Source of the DNA: Octopus sinensis
Lineage: Eukaryota
NCBI RefSeq assembly: GCF_006345805.1
Contig: NC_042997.1
Location: 65,100,001-65,164,000 of the forward strand
Length of the DNA stretch: 64,000 nucleotides
Direction: 5' to 3'
In this document: positions 26,466-39,145 of the stretch, piece after piece
Numbering within the stretch: position 1 is the stretch's first letter
Layout: every line of letters starts with the position of its first letter
Notes under the pieces: model-generated
The model's input: the letters and a program-made list of their open reading frames with translations, nothing else
Databases searched by the model: none
What the model was told of the DNA's origin: nothing
Position numbers and translations under genes: made by a program

Positions 26466-29400
26466 CTGACAGATCCCGTCTTTTTACCTTTCTTTTCGTT
26501 TCCTTCTCCGTATTTTATTCTCATTATTTCGAACTAATACAGACACAGTAAGCCTTGAAGAAAGGAAGAGGAGGAAAGAAAAAAAAAATGTCCGGAGATA
26601 AAACTATCAACAAAAAAAATACAGACGAATATAGATCTGCTAGTCTTAAGAAGCGGCGCTATGAGCAATGCTTACATGTAGTGAACCCTAAACTGACAGA
26701 TCCATCTCCTAATATAAGAATGGATGCTCGTCATACTTCAAGGTCAACAAATCAAACAATAAACCGCATTGGTCATTGCGCGGATTACAAAAGACCACGT
26801 ACCCGAAAATTGAACCAAATCCTTATTGAAAAATCAGTTACTGGATCAAAAATCCCAACACACAGGAGCTGGACGAACCCCACAACCGGAATATTCCAAC
26901 AGATGGCCATCCATGCTCATCACCAAATAATCAAAAGAAAAAGAAGGAAAAATGGTCTAGGGAAGATAATAAAGAAGTTCTTGAGGCCTTCTACCATGCC
27001 ATATATTTCCCCACAGATAAGTCTAGCACTGTACAAGCATACTTAAACTGGAGACAGAAACACCCTGAAGTAAGCCTACATAGACAGTAACAAGCTTGCC
27101 AATGTTAGAAGAAACATTATAAAAAAGAAATTACTGACTGAAGTAGAGATTGATCAGGTTAGACAAGCAATATCGGATAAAATGAACGAAGCTGCAGCTA
27201 GAGAAGATAATACAGAGGAAATGATTATAGACCAGCCCAGGGCGGATAAAAACGAAGAGAGGATTGAAAGAGTTAGTATAAGTGATAGGCAAAGTGAAAT
27301 ACGCCCTGAACCAATCATAAACACTAAGACAGATGAGCATCAAATAGATAAAGAAAGTCACACAAATATTGACCCAACAGAACTACATGAGCTAAAAAAT
27401 CAAATCATGATTGAATGGCTGAAAATTAAAGAAACCAGCATGGATGAGCGTGATACACTTCCTAAAATCCGCAACTCTAACCAAAACATGAAAATAATTG
27501 GTAAAATCCGGCTTGCACTTAAGGATATAATTTCAGTAATGATGTTGATATCACAAACCTCAACCACCTATACTATGCATCCGCGAAAATCTCAACGATC
27601 CTATGTGGTGTAAAGATTAGAAAACGGCAACAGTCCCACAAAAAGCCTTCTTGGCAAGAGCGTCTGCAACAACAAATTAAAGTATTTAGATCTGACATTG
27701 AATATTTGAAAAACCTTAAGGCTCACAAGACTACCAAACCTACAAAAACCAAAAAATTACTGAAAAAATACAATATGAAAACTATACTTGATATTGATGC
27801 CACCATAGAAACCATCAAACAAAAGGTATCTGCCAAAGCTGCCCGCATAGCGAGGTATGAAAAGCGTGTTAGATTTTTCAAGGACAACAACATGTTCAAA
27901 AATAACACCAAGAATTTTTACAGGAAGATAGGAAAAACAGCGTTTACTGCAGGGTCTGTACCATCAAAAGAAGAAGTGCAGAGATTTTGGAATAAAATCT
28001 GGGCAGAAGAAAAACAGCACAACGAAAAGGCCCCCCTGGATTGACAGAATATCTACAGAACTGGACCCCTTAGAAGAGCAAAAGTGGGAGGGTGTCAAGG
28101 TAGAAGATATAAGATCTGCTCTCAGGAGGTCAAGCAAATGGAAGTCTCCAGGAAAGGATAAAATTCCTAACTTCTGGCTGAATGCCTTCCCAGAGAGCCA
28201 TGAACTGCTAACAGAACTGTACAATGATGTTTTGCAACACCCTAGTAGGATGCCTCCTTGGCTAGTTAATGGGTTAACATTCCTGCTTCCAAAAAGTGAA
28301 GAAACAAATGAACCAAAAAACTATAGACCCATAACCTGCTTAACAACTATGTACAAAACACTAACATCTGTCCTGACGGAATATACCTATAGTTTTTTAA
28401 CAGACAGCAGCATATCCCTAATGAACAGAAAGGATGTAAACGTGGATCCTACGGCTGTAAAGACCAACTACTCATCAATAAGATGATCTTAGAAGATTGT
28501 CACAAACGACACAAAAACTTATCAATAGCCTGGATAGACTATAAAAAGGCTTTTGATAGCCTACCACATAGCTGGATTAGGAAATGCCTTGAAATGTATA
28601 AGATAGCACCAACTCTGCGAAACTTCTTGACTGTAAGTATGAGATCATGGAGAACCACACTAACTCTGAACAGTGACAGTGAATCCCTAAATGCTGGTGA
28701 TGTAAAAATTTCGTGTGGCATTTTCCAGGGTGACTCACTGTCACCACTCCTCTTTTGTTTATCCTTAATACCTCTCTCAAAGCTGCTCAATGACGCGCAG
28801 TACGGGTATAAAATATTTGATAAAAATATAACTCATCTCGTTTACATGGATGATTTAAAGCTTTTTGCAACAAATGATCAACAACTCAAGGGCTTACTAG
28901 CGATAGTCAAACAATTCAGTGACGACATCAGAATGCAATTCGGCCTCGATAAATGTGCAAAGGCTACCTTTATCAAAGGAAAAATGACAGAAACATCTAA
29001 CGTTAACCTTGACCAACAGAATGTCATAAAATAACTAGACCCAGCGGAGAGCTACAAGTACCTAGGGGTAATTGAAGGGAACGGAATAAGGCATTCAGAG
29101 ATGAAGGAAAGGATCAGGAGAGAATGCTATCGAAGAGTGAGAGCAATACTCAAGACAGAGCTGAATGCAAGAAACAGGATCGAAGCAATCAATGCATTAG
29201 CTATACCAGTCGTGACTTACAGTTTCAATATTGTTAACTGGTCAATTACTGAAATATGTCAGCTCGACAGAAAAATAAGGAAACTGTTGACAATGCATAG
29301 AATGCACCACCCTAAGGCAGATACAGAACGACTCTATATGCCAAGAAAAGAGGGAGGCCGTGGTCTTTTGCAACTGGCAATAACAATGAAGATTGCTACA

Positions 29401-30620
29401 ATTGGCCTAGACACCTACCTGAAAAACTCTGAGGACTGGATGTTAAAACTTGTCTCAAAACATGAAAACAAGAAAGCATCATACTCAGTCACAAAACAGG
29501 CAAAGGAATATCTAAGTGAATTCCGAATACAACCAATTTCGGAATTAGAGATAGACATACAAGAAACAAGCACAGAAAAAGCTAGGCGCATGAAAACCCG
29601 TGCCAGAACTGCGGTCTTAGATATTCTGAATAATAAATGGCAAGAAAAACCTCTCTATGGCAAATACCCAAAGAGAGCGAATAATGCAGATATCGACAAA
29701 GCCCTGACCCATCAATGGCTAATGGCCTCTGGCTTAAAATCTGAAACAGAGGGGTTTATCATAGCAGCTCAAGATCAATGCCTACCAACAAGAAACTACC
29801 AGGCCAACATATTAAAGATCAGAAGCAGTCCAACGTGTCGTGTATGCAAGCAACAAAATGAAACCATTGACCATGTGGTCTCCAAGTGCAGTCTTCTAGC
29901 GCCTACAGAGTATCTCAACAGGCACGATAGAGCTGCACAATATATTCACTGGGTAATCTGTAAAAACCTGGATTTGCCCCATGAAAAAAAACTGGTGGGT
30001 ACACAAACCACCCCCAGTGCTTGAAAATGACCACATCTCACTCCTCTGGAACTTCACCATTCAAACTGACAGGAAGATAGATGCAAATAGGCCAGACATC
30101 ATATTGAAAGACTTCAAACAAAGAACATGCCTCCTCATTGATATGACTGTCCCAATCGATATAAACGTATCTGTCAGGACCTACCAAAAACTGAGCAAAT
30201 ATAAAGATCTTGAAATAGAAATCAGCAAAATGTGGAAGCTGAAGACTAAAACAATACCTGTTGTCATAGGTGCCCTGGGAATGATAGCAAAAGGGGCTGA
30301 TAGCTACCTAACTCAGATACCAGGAAACCCAAAAATGGCAGAAGTTCAAAAGATAGTGCTCATGGGAACTGCTCATATCCTACGCAAAATACTCTCTATG
30401 TAACCTCAAGGTTTAAAACAACCATAATTTTCGGTTTAAAAAAAAAAAAAAAAAAACTTTTTTTTTTTTTAGACATTCATTAGTACAACATCCCCACCCC
30501 CCAAATATATGGCACACTAGGCATAACAACAACATGAACTTCCAACCCTGTTGTCTCTTGAGGTCTCTGGGTGAGACTTGGAGCCAACTTGTACAAATAT
30601 AAAGCAAAAGTCAAACATAG
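26466..30620 (+). mobile_element. R4/Dong copy 3, near full length, frameshifted
   Basis: N-terminal KRRK-W..N..LANVRRNIIKKKLL domain (~26940-27170); RT ([41 protein letters not shown]); CCHC (CRVC..ETIDHVVSKC); RLE (RPDII..IDMTVP..KLSKYKDL); 3' UTR then (AAT)n at 30621. The 5' boundary is approximate. Confidence 0.92.
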
Positions 30621-30639
30621 AATAATAATAATAATAATA

Positions 30640-31147
30640 ATGCTTTCTATGATAGACACAAGGTCTGAAGATTTGGAAGAGAGGACTAGTTGATTACATC
30701 GGCCCCAATGCTCAACTGGGACTTAGTTTATCGACATCGGAAGTTGAAAAACAACGTCGACACCGGAGGAATTTGAACACAGAATGTAAAGACGGACAAA
30801 ATGCTACAAAGCATTTTGCCAGGCATAAAAACGATAATGCCAGCTCGACGCCTTAAGAAAAATAATAATAATCCTTTCTAATATTAGCACAAGGCCTCAA
30901 AGCTTGCAGGAGGGAGCTAATCGACTACATCGACCCCGTGGTCAAGTGGTATTTCTTTCATCGAACCCGAAATGATAGATGGTAAAGTCGGCAAAGTCGT
31001 AGAAAGTTGAGCTCAGAACGTAGGGACGGAGGAAATGGCACTAAGTCATTTTGACGGCAAATTAACGATTCTTCCAGCTCACCACCTTAATAATAATAAC
31101 AACAACAACAATAATAATAATAATAATAATAATATTAATAATAATAA

Positions 31148-31197
<50 letters not shown>

Positions 31198-31400
31198 TAA
31201 TAGTTTCAAATTTTGTCACAAGGCCAGCAATTTCGGGTAGGGGTTAAATCAATCACATCGACGTCAGTGCTCAAATGGTACTTATATTATCGGATGAGAT
31301 GAAAGGGAATGTCCACCTTTGCGGAACTTCAACTCGGAACGTAAAGACGGGCGAAATACCGCTAAGCTTTTTGCTCGGCGTGCTAACGATTCTTCCAGCT
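30640..31400 (-). mobile_element. Head-to-tail chain of three family B SINEs separated by (AAT)n tails
   Basis: Copies at ~30640-30852, ~30872-31087 and ~31200-31400, each with gaatttgaac/gagctcagaacg and acgattcttccagctc head motifs. Confidence 0.85.
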
Positions 31401-31419
31401 GACTACTATATATGATAAT

Positions 31420-31490
<71 letters not shown>

Positions 31491-31499
31491 CAACAACAG

Positions 31500-31531
<32 letters not shown>

Positions 31532-32199
31532 ACAGCAATAACAAAAAAGCCTACGTAGGTATATCCATATGCAGGTATAATCGTGCATATATGTGCATCA
31601 AAATCTATGAGAAATTTCACATGTTTGCGCACACAAACCCATATATTCAGTGAGTTCTTTTTGTAACGAAATGATGCCATATTACCCTGGTTCCCCGACC
31701 CAAAGCACTGAGAAATTCCAATGTCGCGTCAGGTTGACATGTAAACTGGTAAAAAAAAATCGATGCGGAAATCCGTCTTATAAATACTACATCTTTATAT
31801 ATTGTTCATGTGTTCGGTTACCAAGAAAGTATTTGCAAGTGCTGTATGTTCTAAAATGCACTTTAGTTATGTGATATATAATGATCGATAAACTATATAC
31901 CAACATGACATAATGTTTAACACGAAATGGTCAGCTATAAATTATTCGATGGTGGTGATTGAGATTCATTACAATCCACTGTCAGAAGACTTTAAAAGGA
32001 GCAATGCAAACAGCAGCAATATGTTGTTTTGAATGTTGTTCAGAGTCCTTTTTTTAAATACGCGTGTTCAGATATTAGTGTTGTTGTCTTAAGCAATTCA
32101 TATGAAAACTTACCGCTAATACGACTGTCAGCATGGTTATCGTAACCAAATCGATTGGTAATCTATTCATGAGAGATATATGAGGAAACTGAAAATAAA

Positions 32200-32468
32200 A
32201 ATAAAATAAATGCGCCCTTTTTAAAGCCTAGCCAGGGTCATGGGCCTGGTTTCTCGGTTCCTATGGCATATGTGTTTCCCCAGCTGGACGGGACGCCAGT
32301 CCATCGCAACGTTACTCATTTTTGCCAGCTGAGTGGACTGGAGCAACGTGAAATGAAATGTTTTGCTCAAGAACACAACGCGTCGCCCGGTCCAGGAATC
32401 GAAACCACAATCTTACGATCATAATGTTGACACTCTAATCACTGAGTCACTGAGCCACGCGCCTCCAC
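32200..32468 (-). mobile_element. tRNA-derived SINE, family C variant 1 (CORE-like central domain)
   Basis: Minus-strand head with B box GGTTTCGATTCC; central ctggagcaacgtgaaat..ttgctcaagaacacaac shared with the copies at 37.4 and 57.3 kb. Confidence 0.8.
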
Positions 32469-33506
32469 CATGAGGAAATTAAGTAATGCTAATTAAATTG
32501 TTTGAAATAGAAATAGTTTACACCTACAGTAGATAAGAATCCACTTGAAATCAGCTAGTAACGAAATATATTTATATTTTTATCAAAACTTGATTAAATT
32601 AATGCCATTGAAGTTTCTCATTTCGTTTTTATTATATAAAAATAAGTGTTCTATAAACTGTCCTAACTCATTAAGTAACGTTAAACCTATTTCATTTAAA
32701 TTTGAGCTAGAACTTAAGTACAATTTGTGTATTTCGGTCAAAAGATTAGGGTTAATAGTCGAACTGTATATTTTGAAAAATCGCATACATTTAATGTTGC
32801 CTTTACAAGCATAAAATTTACAATATCAAGTATGTTGGTCAGGCAATCTTTGTATTTATTGCTTTCTGTTCAATACGACCAGAAATAGATCAAGGAAACT
32901 TTATAGGCAGAACAAACGTCTGTGACAAGAAAGCGGTTGGGTGAAAGAAGAGTGAATTTGAAAGCACGTCACTTCATATACATGCAAAATTCTTAGCTTT
33001 CTTCTTCAAGAACAATACTTCCTTTACTTTCTGTGATACACGTAAAGAGTTTTAATACGTTTCAACAGTAATAGTAGTTTGACTTTCATCTTCTGTCTGT
33101 CAGTATTCTCGATTTAGAATGTTAAATGTAAAGCTCTTTCTGGCATATCAAATCCTTCTTGGATGTCAAAAGTAGTTAGCAAATGCCTGCTGTCAACGAA
33201 GACATATCAACTCTCGCAGTAATTCAATGATATATGTAAAGCAAGAGTAATTTTCTGAGAGATTGGTCACCCAGAATAGAACTAAACGGAAACTTCCCAA
33301 TAATTAATTGAAGCCTAAAATGTTAGGTAATCGAGAGAACTGCATATAGTATAGGCAATTAAATATGTACAATGTAAATATATGTATCAAACATACACAT
33401 ATATATATGTGTACATATATACATACATATATACACATGTATATATACATTTATATACACTCACACATACATATATGCATATACACACACACACTCACAC
33501 ACACAC

Positions 33507-33554
<48 letters not shown>

Positions 33555-34047
33555 ACCATGGTTCTTTTCATGTAAAACAAAGGTCTTTCAGCAAAAAAAC
33601 ACATAATATCTTATTGCTTTTGTTGAAAAGGCATTTTGTTTTATTGTTCGCAGAATTTTCATTTGATAAAGTATCTGCATGGGTATCGTTGTTGATATTT
33701 TTATTGATGCTTTTGTCTTGGTTACTGTTACCTTTGCATAACCTTTAGCCGTGGCTCGAGGATGAGCGCCCTTATTAACCCCCACATACAGAGAAACGCC
33801 TCAATAAAGATTTTAGCAAAACCAGAGTCAACTAACATTATGAGAAATATCAACCAGGCTAAATGGGTACCGTGTCCAATGAAATGGACGATTATATAAC
33901 GCGGATAAGCACGCTCGCAAGCACAATGTTTTTTTTTTCTACTTGCATTCATTCGCTATTACTTCATCAATGTTGCCCTTTACAATTTAAAGGTACCATG
34001 CTACGTTGTTTTCTTCGCTATTGCTACAATTTGCCCCTGTGTAGCGT

Positions 34048-35012
34048 GTGATCATCGCATTGACGTTGAGAGTGAAAGTTGGGCAGAGAATCTGCATCAA
34101 ACTGTGCCAAAAGCTTGGGGATTCCTGGTCAGAGACCTACGCAAAGTTGCAGAAAGTGTATGGAGAGGATGAGTGTATGAGCCAAAAAGAGATCGATAGT
34201 GGCGAACGTTCTAGAAGACCCGCAACCAGTAGAACTGAGAAAAACATCGCAGATGTGCATGCAGCTCTCAGGATAAATCATCGCATCACCATCCGTGAGT
34301 TATCAGAGGATGTACAGATTAGTAACGGTTCAGTTCAGTCCATTATCACAGAAGATATGGGTATGAGATTCGTGTCTGCCTAGTATATGCCACAACTGCT
34401 TTCAGCTGACCAAAAAAGACACTTGAGTTTCAGTTGCACAGGATGTCCCTGATTTGACGAGAACGATGAAATCTTTTTGAAAATGGTCATTACAAGTGAT
34501 GAATCGTGGGCCTATGGCTATGACTCCGAAACAAAGATTCAGTCTTCCCAGTGAGAGACCATAACCTCTCCCACACCGAAACAGTGGGAAGACACTGTTG
34601 GCCGTTTTCTTCGACTACAAGGGGATAGGTCATCATGAGTATGCTCCGCCTGGTCAGACAGTAAACAAATAGTACAACCGCGACACTTTGCGGTGTTTGC
34701 ATGATACTATTCGTCGTAAAAGGCCACAATTGCACGCGTTTAGTGAGTGGCAATTTCACATTGACAACACACTTGCCCATTCATCGCAGCTTGTACATCA
34801 GTTTTCTATTAGGCAAGGCATTCCTCAGTTCCAACAGCGACATTTATTCCCCAGATCCTCTTTTCAAATAGCAAATCCCGCTTGAAATGAAAAAGATTTC
34901 AGGGCTCGTGAAAATCAAAGTGAATGCTGGTTATCCCGGAAAACGAGTTCCAGAAATGCTTCCATCAATGGAAACAGCGGTGGATAGAGTGTGTAACTTC
35001 TGAAGGGGACTA
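34048..35012 (+). mobile_element. Mariner (DD34D-type) transposase pseudogene
   Basis: [96 protein letters not shown]. Confidence 0.88.
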
Positions 35013-35146
35013 ATTAGGGCATTCTTTTTGTATATCTTTATATATATTATATATATATACATATATGTGTGTGTGTGTGTGTATGTGTGTGTGTGTGCGT
35101 GTATATAAATAAATATACATGTATATATGTATGTATATATGTATGT

Positions 35147-35193
<47 letters not shown>

Positions 35194-35237
35194 TATATAT
35201 ATATATATATTATATATAATATATATATATATACATA

Positions 35238-35563
35238 CAGAATGCGATGGGTAAATTGTTGCCGTACCATATTTTTTTTATCTCTCGAATGCTGTCACAA
35301 AATTTCTGCGACCACCTTATCCCTAACATCTGGTCACCTAACTTCCCAGACTGAAACACACTTCATTATTATGTGTGCAGTGCAGTTAAGCGAGAGACCA
35401 ACAAAACTCCTTGAATACCAAAGATGAACTGAAAGCAAGGGCTATGCCAGCATTCACTAACTTAAACAAAGAGACTGTCCAGAAGAGTTGCAAGAGATCC
35501 CGCAGTCTCCTGGAGACCTTGGTTGAAACCAATGCCGATTTTATTGAATAAATTTACTCTTTA
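35238..35563 (+). mobile_element. Non-autonomous Tc1/mariner (DD37D/maT-like) derivative retaining the transposase C-terminus
   Basis: IWSPNFPD..YYVCSAVKRETNKTP..TKDELKAR..KETVQKSCKR..ETNADFIE*; inserted in (TA)n. Confidence 0.7.
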
Positions 35564-35593
35564 GTATATATATATATTATATATATATATAAT

Positions 35594-35648
<55 letters not shown>

Positions 35649-35685
35649 CATATATATATATATATTATATATATATATATATATA

Positions 35686-35738
<53 letters not shown>

Positions 35739-35818
35739 CGGGCTGAGTACTTGATAATTATAAGCACCTGTGTATACCGTTTGGTGGTGTAGGTGGTGGA
35801 GTAAATTGATCAAAATAA

Positions 35819-36260
35819 AAACATGAAGCCAAGGATTCAGCGGTACATATGTTTCGGGCCTTTATTAGACAGATTTATAACAATGCATAATGTATGTCTG
35901 TGGCCTTCTTCAGCCGCGCACAACAACTTCCACAAGGACATGTGTTACATCAAAAATTCTTGGTTGGGGATGCAAATCCTCTCATTCGCGTACGACATAA
36001 TGCGGCAACAGCATAGAATTGAAGCGTCCATCTCTTTCTTCTCTCAATGTAGAATGAGGAAATTTGGATGTTAAAGTAATGTAAATAAATTAATAAATAA
36101 ATACATATATAGACTTGAAGGGACCTGGTAATAAGAGTAAATAGGGGTAAAGATGGAGGGGCGAGAATTCAGGACGAAGGATAAAAAATATATAAAAAGT
36201 GTAAGTATAGAAAAATATAAAAGTGTAGAGTATGAAGATATAAAGAGATATAAGGAGATA
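35819..36260 (-). repeat. Left arm of a 442-bp inverted repeat (Penelope pseudo-LTR-like, hammerhead-bearing)
   Basis: Reverse complement of 36916-37357 with 3 mismatches and no indels (compared base by base). Confidence 0.95.
35840..35917 (-). ncRNA. Minimal type I hammerhead ribozyme motif (left arm)
   Basis: Exact reverse complement of 37259-37336. Confidence 0.75.
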
Positions 36261-36915
36261 TAAAGGGGATATAAAGAATATAAAAAAATATAAATGAATA
36301 TAAAGGTATAAAGTTATAAAGTAAAAATAGAAATAGAAATAAAAGTAAAAATAGAAATAAAAATAAAAATAGGAATAAAAATGATAAAACATGTAAAAAA
36401 AATATAAGGATAAGGGATGTATAGTGGTTACGGACCACTATACAGGAAAATGACAAAATTTAGTTGTAGAAGTTTTGGGTGTCAATAAATCAACAGGGGC
36501 GTCTGGGGACCTAGTGTATTGTAAATCAGAGCTGTTGAGCAGCTAATCTAGTTCCTTGAATTAAGTGGTCATCTTGTACATACATACCAGCATGGATACA
36601 TACACCCATATACACGCGCACATATACGCGCGCATACACAGCTCCAAGCATATAAGCATACATACGTACTCACGTGTAAACATATACAGAAACACATATA
36701 CACCCACACACATGCGCATATATACATACATACAACAGAATATGCGTATATATACACGGACATTATACGTGTACATATATATATATACACATATACACGC
36801 ACATATAGGAAAGCGGGATGCGCTGGAGCCGACAGGTTGCACCGGGTGGGAGGAAATTGCATGGGGGAGTTGGTATAATAGCCTAAGCTTTGTAGTATTT
36901 GAAAGTATTAATAAC

Positions 36916-37357
36916 TATCTCCTTATATCTCTTTATATCTTTATACTCTACACTTTTATATTTTTCTATACTTACACTTTTTATATATTTTTTATCCTTC
37001 GTCCTGAATTCTCGCCCCTCCATCTTTACCCCTATTTACTCTTATTACCAGGTCCCTTCACGTCTATATATGTATTTATTTATTAATTTATTTACATTAC
37101 TTTAACATCCAAATTTCCTCATTCTACATTGAGAGAAGAAAGAGATGGACGCTTCAATTCTATGCTGTTGCCGCATTATGTCGTACGCGAATGAGAGGAT
37201 TTGCATCCCCAACCAAGAATTTTTGATGTAACACATGTCCTTGTGGAAGTTGTTGTGCGCGGCTGAAGAAGGCCACAGACATACATTATGCATTGTTATA
37301 AATCTGTCTAATAAAGGCCCGAAACATATGTACCGCTGAATCCTTGGCATCATGTTT
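36916..37357 (+). repeat. Right arm of the 442-bp inverted repeat
   Basis: See left arm. Confidence 0.95.
37259..37336 (+). ncRNA. Minimal type I hammerhead ribozyme motif (right arm)
   Basis: Stem I GCGG/CCGC; core CTGAAGA (37263-69); stem II AGGCC..GGCCC with inner ACAGA/TCTGT helix; GAAAC (37321-25); palindromic stem III ACATATGT; cleavage triplet GUA (after 37332). Confidence 0.75.
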
Positions 37358-37404
37358 ATATATATATATATATATAATATATATATATATATATGATGAT
37401 GATG

Positions 37405-37735
37405 ACCCCCTTCGGTCAGACACTGACCATGGGTTTGCACCTAGAGAGTTACTCTCTGAGGCACAAGTCTGGGCAAGGTTGTTTCATGGAAGATCAGCAG
37501 TCGCCCATGCATACCGGCCTCCCCTCTCCACGTCACCGATGTTGTCCAAGGGAAAGGCAAGGGCCGATACAGCTTGGCACCTGTGACGTCGCAACTCATT
37601 TCTACAGGTGAGTGAACTGGAGCAACGTGAAATAAAGTGTCTTGCTCAAGAACACAACACGCAGCCCGGTCCGGGATTCGAGCTCACAACCTCACGATCG
37701 TAAGCTCGACGCTCTAACCACTGATCCACGCGCCT
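37405..37735 (-). mobile_element. tRNA-derived SINE, family C variant 2
   Basis: Near-identical to 57343-57670; tRNA head with B box (GAGCTCGAATCC on the minus strand); (GAT)n tail. Confidence 0.88.
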
Positions 37736-37832
37736 ATATATATATATATACGTATATATACACACACATATATATATATATATTTGACTCTGATATTGGA
37801 ATGACTTTTTTTTATTATTGTCATATATATAT

Positions 37833-37879
<47 letters not shown>

Positions 37880-39145
37880 GTATATATACACACACATATA
37901 TATATATATTTGATTCTGATATTGGAATGACTTTTTTTATTTATTGTCATTGAAGCGTTTTTTAGTAATGCAATATTAAATGAATGATCGTTGGAGTACT
38001 TATAAGATACATATAATTGCCTAAGGTAGGATTGCCCTTGGTACTGGAGTTAAACAAGAAAAATGTCGTTTGTTTCATGGTGTTTAAATTATTAATCACA
38101 CACAATACATTTACGCATATAAATGGCTATGGCACGTAATTATGCAAATATCAAAACACTATGAAAGCTACAGCGATCACAAATTCAAACATAAAACTAA
38201 AACGTAGGAGAGAAAGGGAAAATGAACATGAACAATTTGGTGAACACATAGTGGAAGAAAATACCCCAAATACACAAATAAATAATTTAGAAGACAGTAG
38301 CAGTAACTACAATTACTGCGTATCATAATAGTACCAGCCTGTAGTATCACACCTTCATTGTGAGACAGGGAAGAATTAATCACTAATGAAGTTACGAAGC
38401 AACCAATCAAATATCGAGTTACGAAGGGATGCCGAAGAATTAAGAAAGCACACAAAAATGACTGGGTATAATATATCGAAAGCACATGAGGAGGAATAGT
38501 CTATTCACAGAACAAAATTCTTTCTCAGGGAAGTAGCAACAAAATGCATATGACGAATATGAACTATGATTCACTATTGTTTGGAAATCAAGCGGTTAAT
38601 AGACAAAATTGCATATATGTGGTGGAATAGCTGCGCCTAATTTATGATTGCACATTAGCACTTGGATAAAAAAAATTATGAGCAAAAACTAAATTATCGA
38701 TCTCAAGTAAAATTAAAAGGAAGTCAATATATTGAACTCAAGATAAGCGTTTTCTTCAAGTGCAAATGTGGCGAAAAATGATCACTAGTGCATTCGATTG
38801 CACTCGAATACAAACTGAGAAAGGGTAAAATGAAAAGTGTCATGGGGTACGCAACTTAACCCAATCAATAAATCTTACATCTCTTAATTCATTACATTAT
38901 ATGTTGTTTTAATAGTTGATTTTTTAATTGTATTTTATCGCCGGTGAAGTGTGTGTATGCTTTTCATGTGTGATATGTACATATGTATTAGTATGTATGT
39001 GCCTCTAGGTATACATATGTATGTACGCATGTGTGTGTGAAGGAGTATATGTGTTTAAAATTCTGACTATATCGTTCTATAAGTAGTATAACGGACAATA
39101 TGCCCCCTATTCCATAATTTGAGACCGTTTTATTTTTTACACACG

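Noticed and set aside
26466-26900. Possible HDV-like ribozyme at the Dong 5' end
   Set aside because: I could not fold a P1-P4 nested pseudoknot by eye; a computational scan is needed
35823-36074. 82-aa ORF MKPRIQRYICFG.., repeated on the minus strand within ORF 37102-37440
   Set aside because: It is the antisense of the hammerhead-bearing arm and is duplicated only because of the inverted repeat; no recognisable motif
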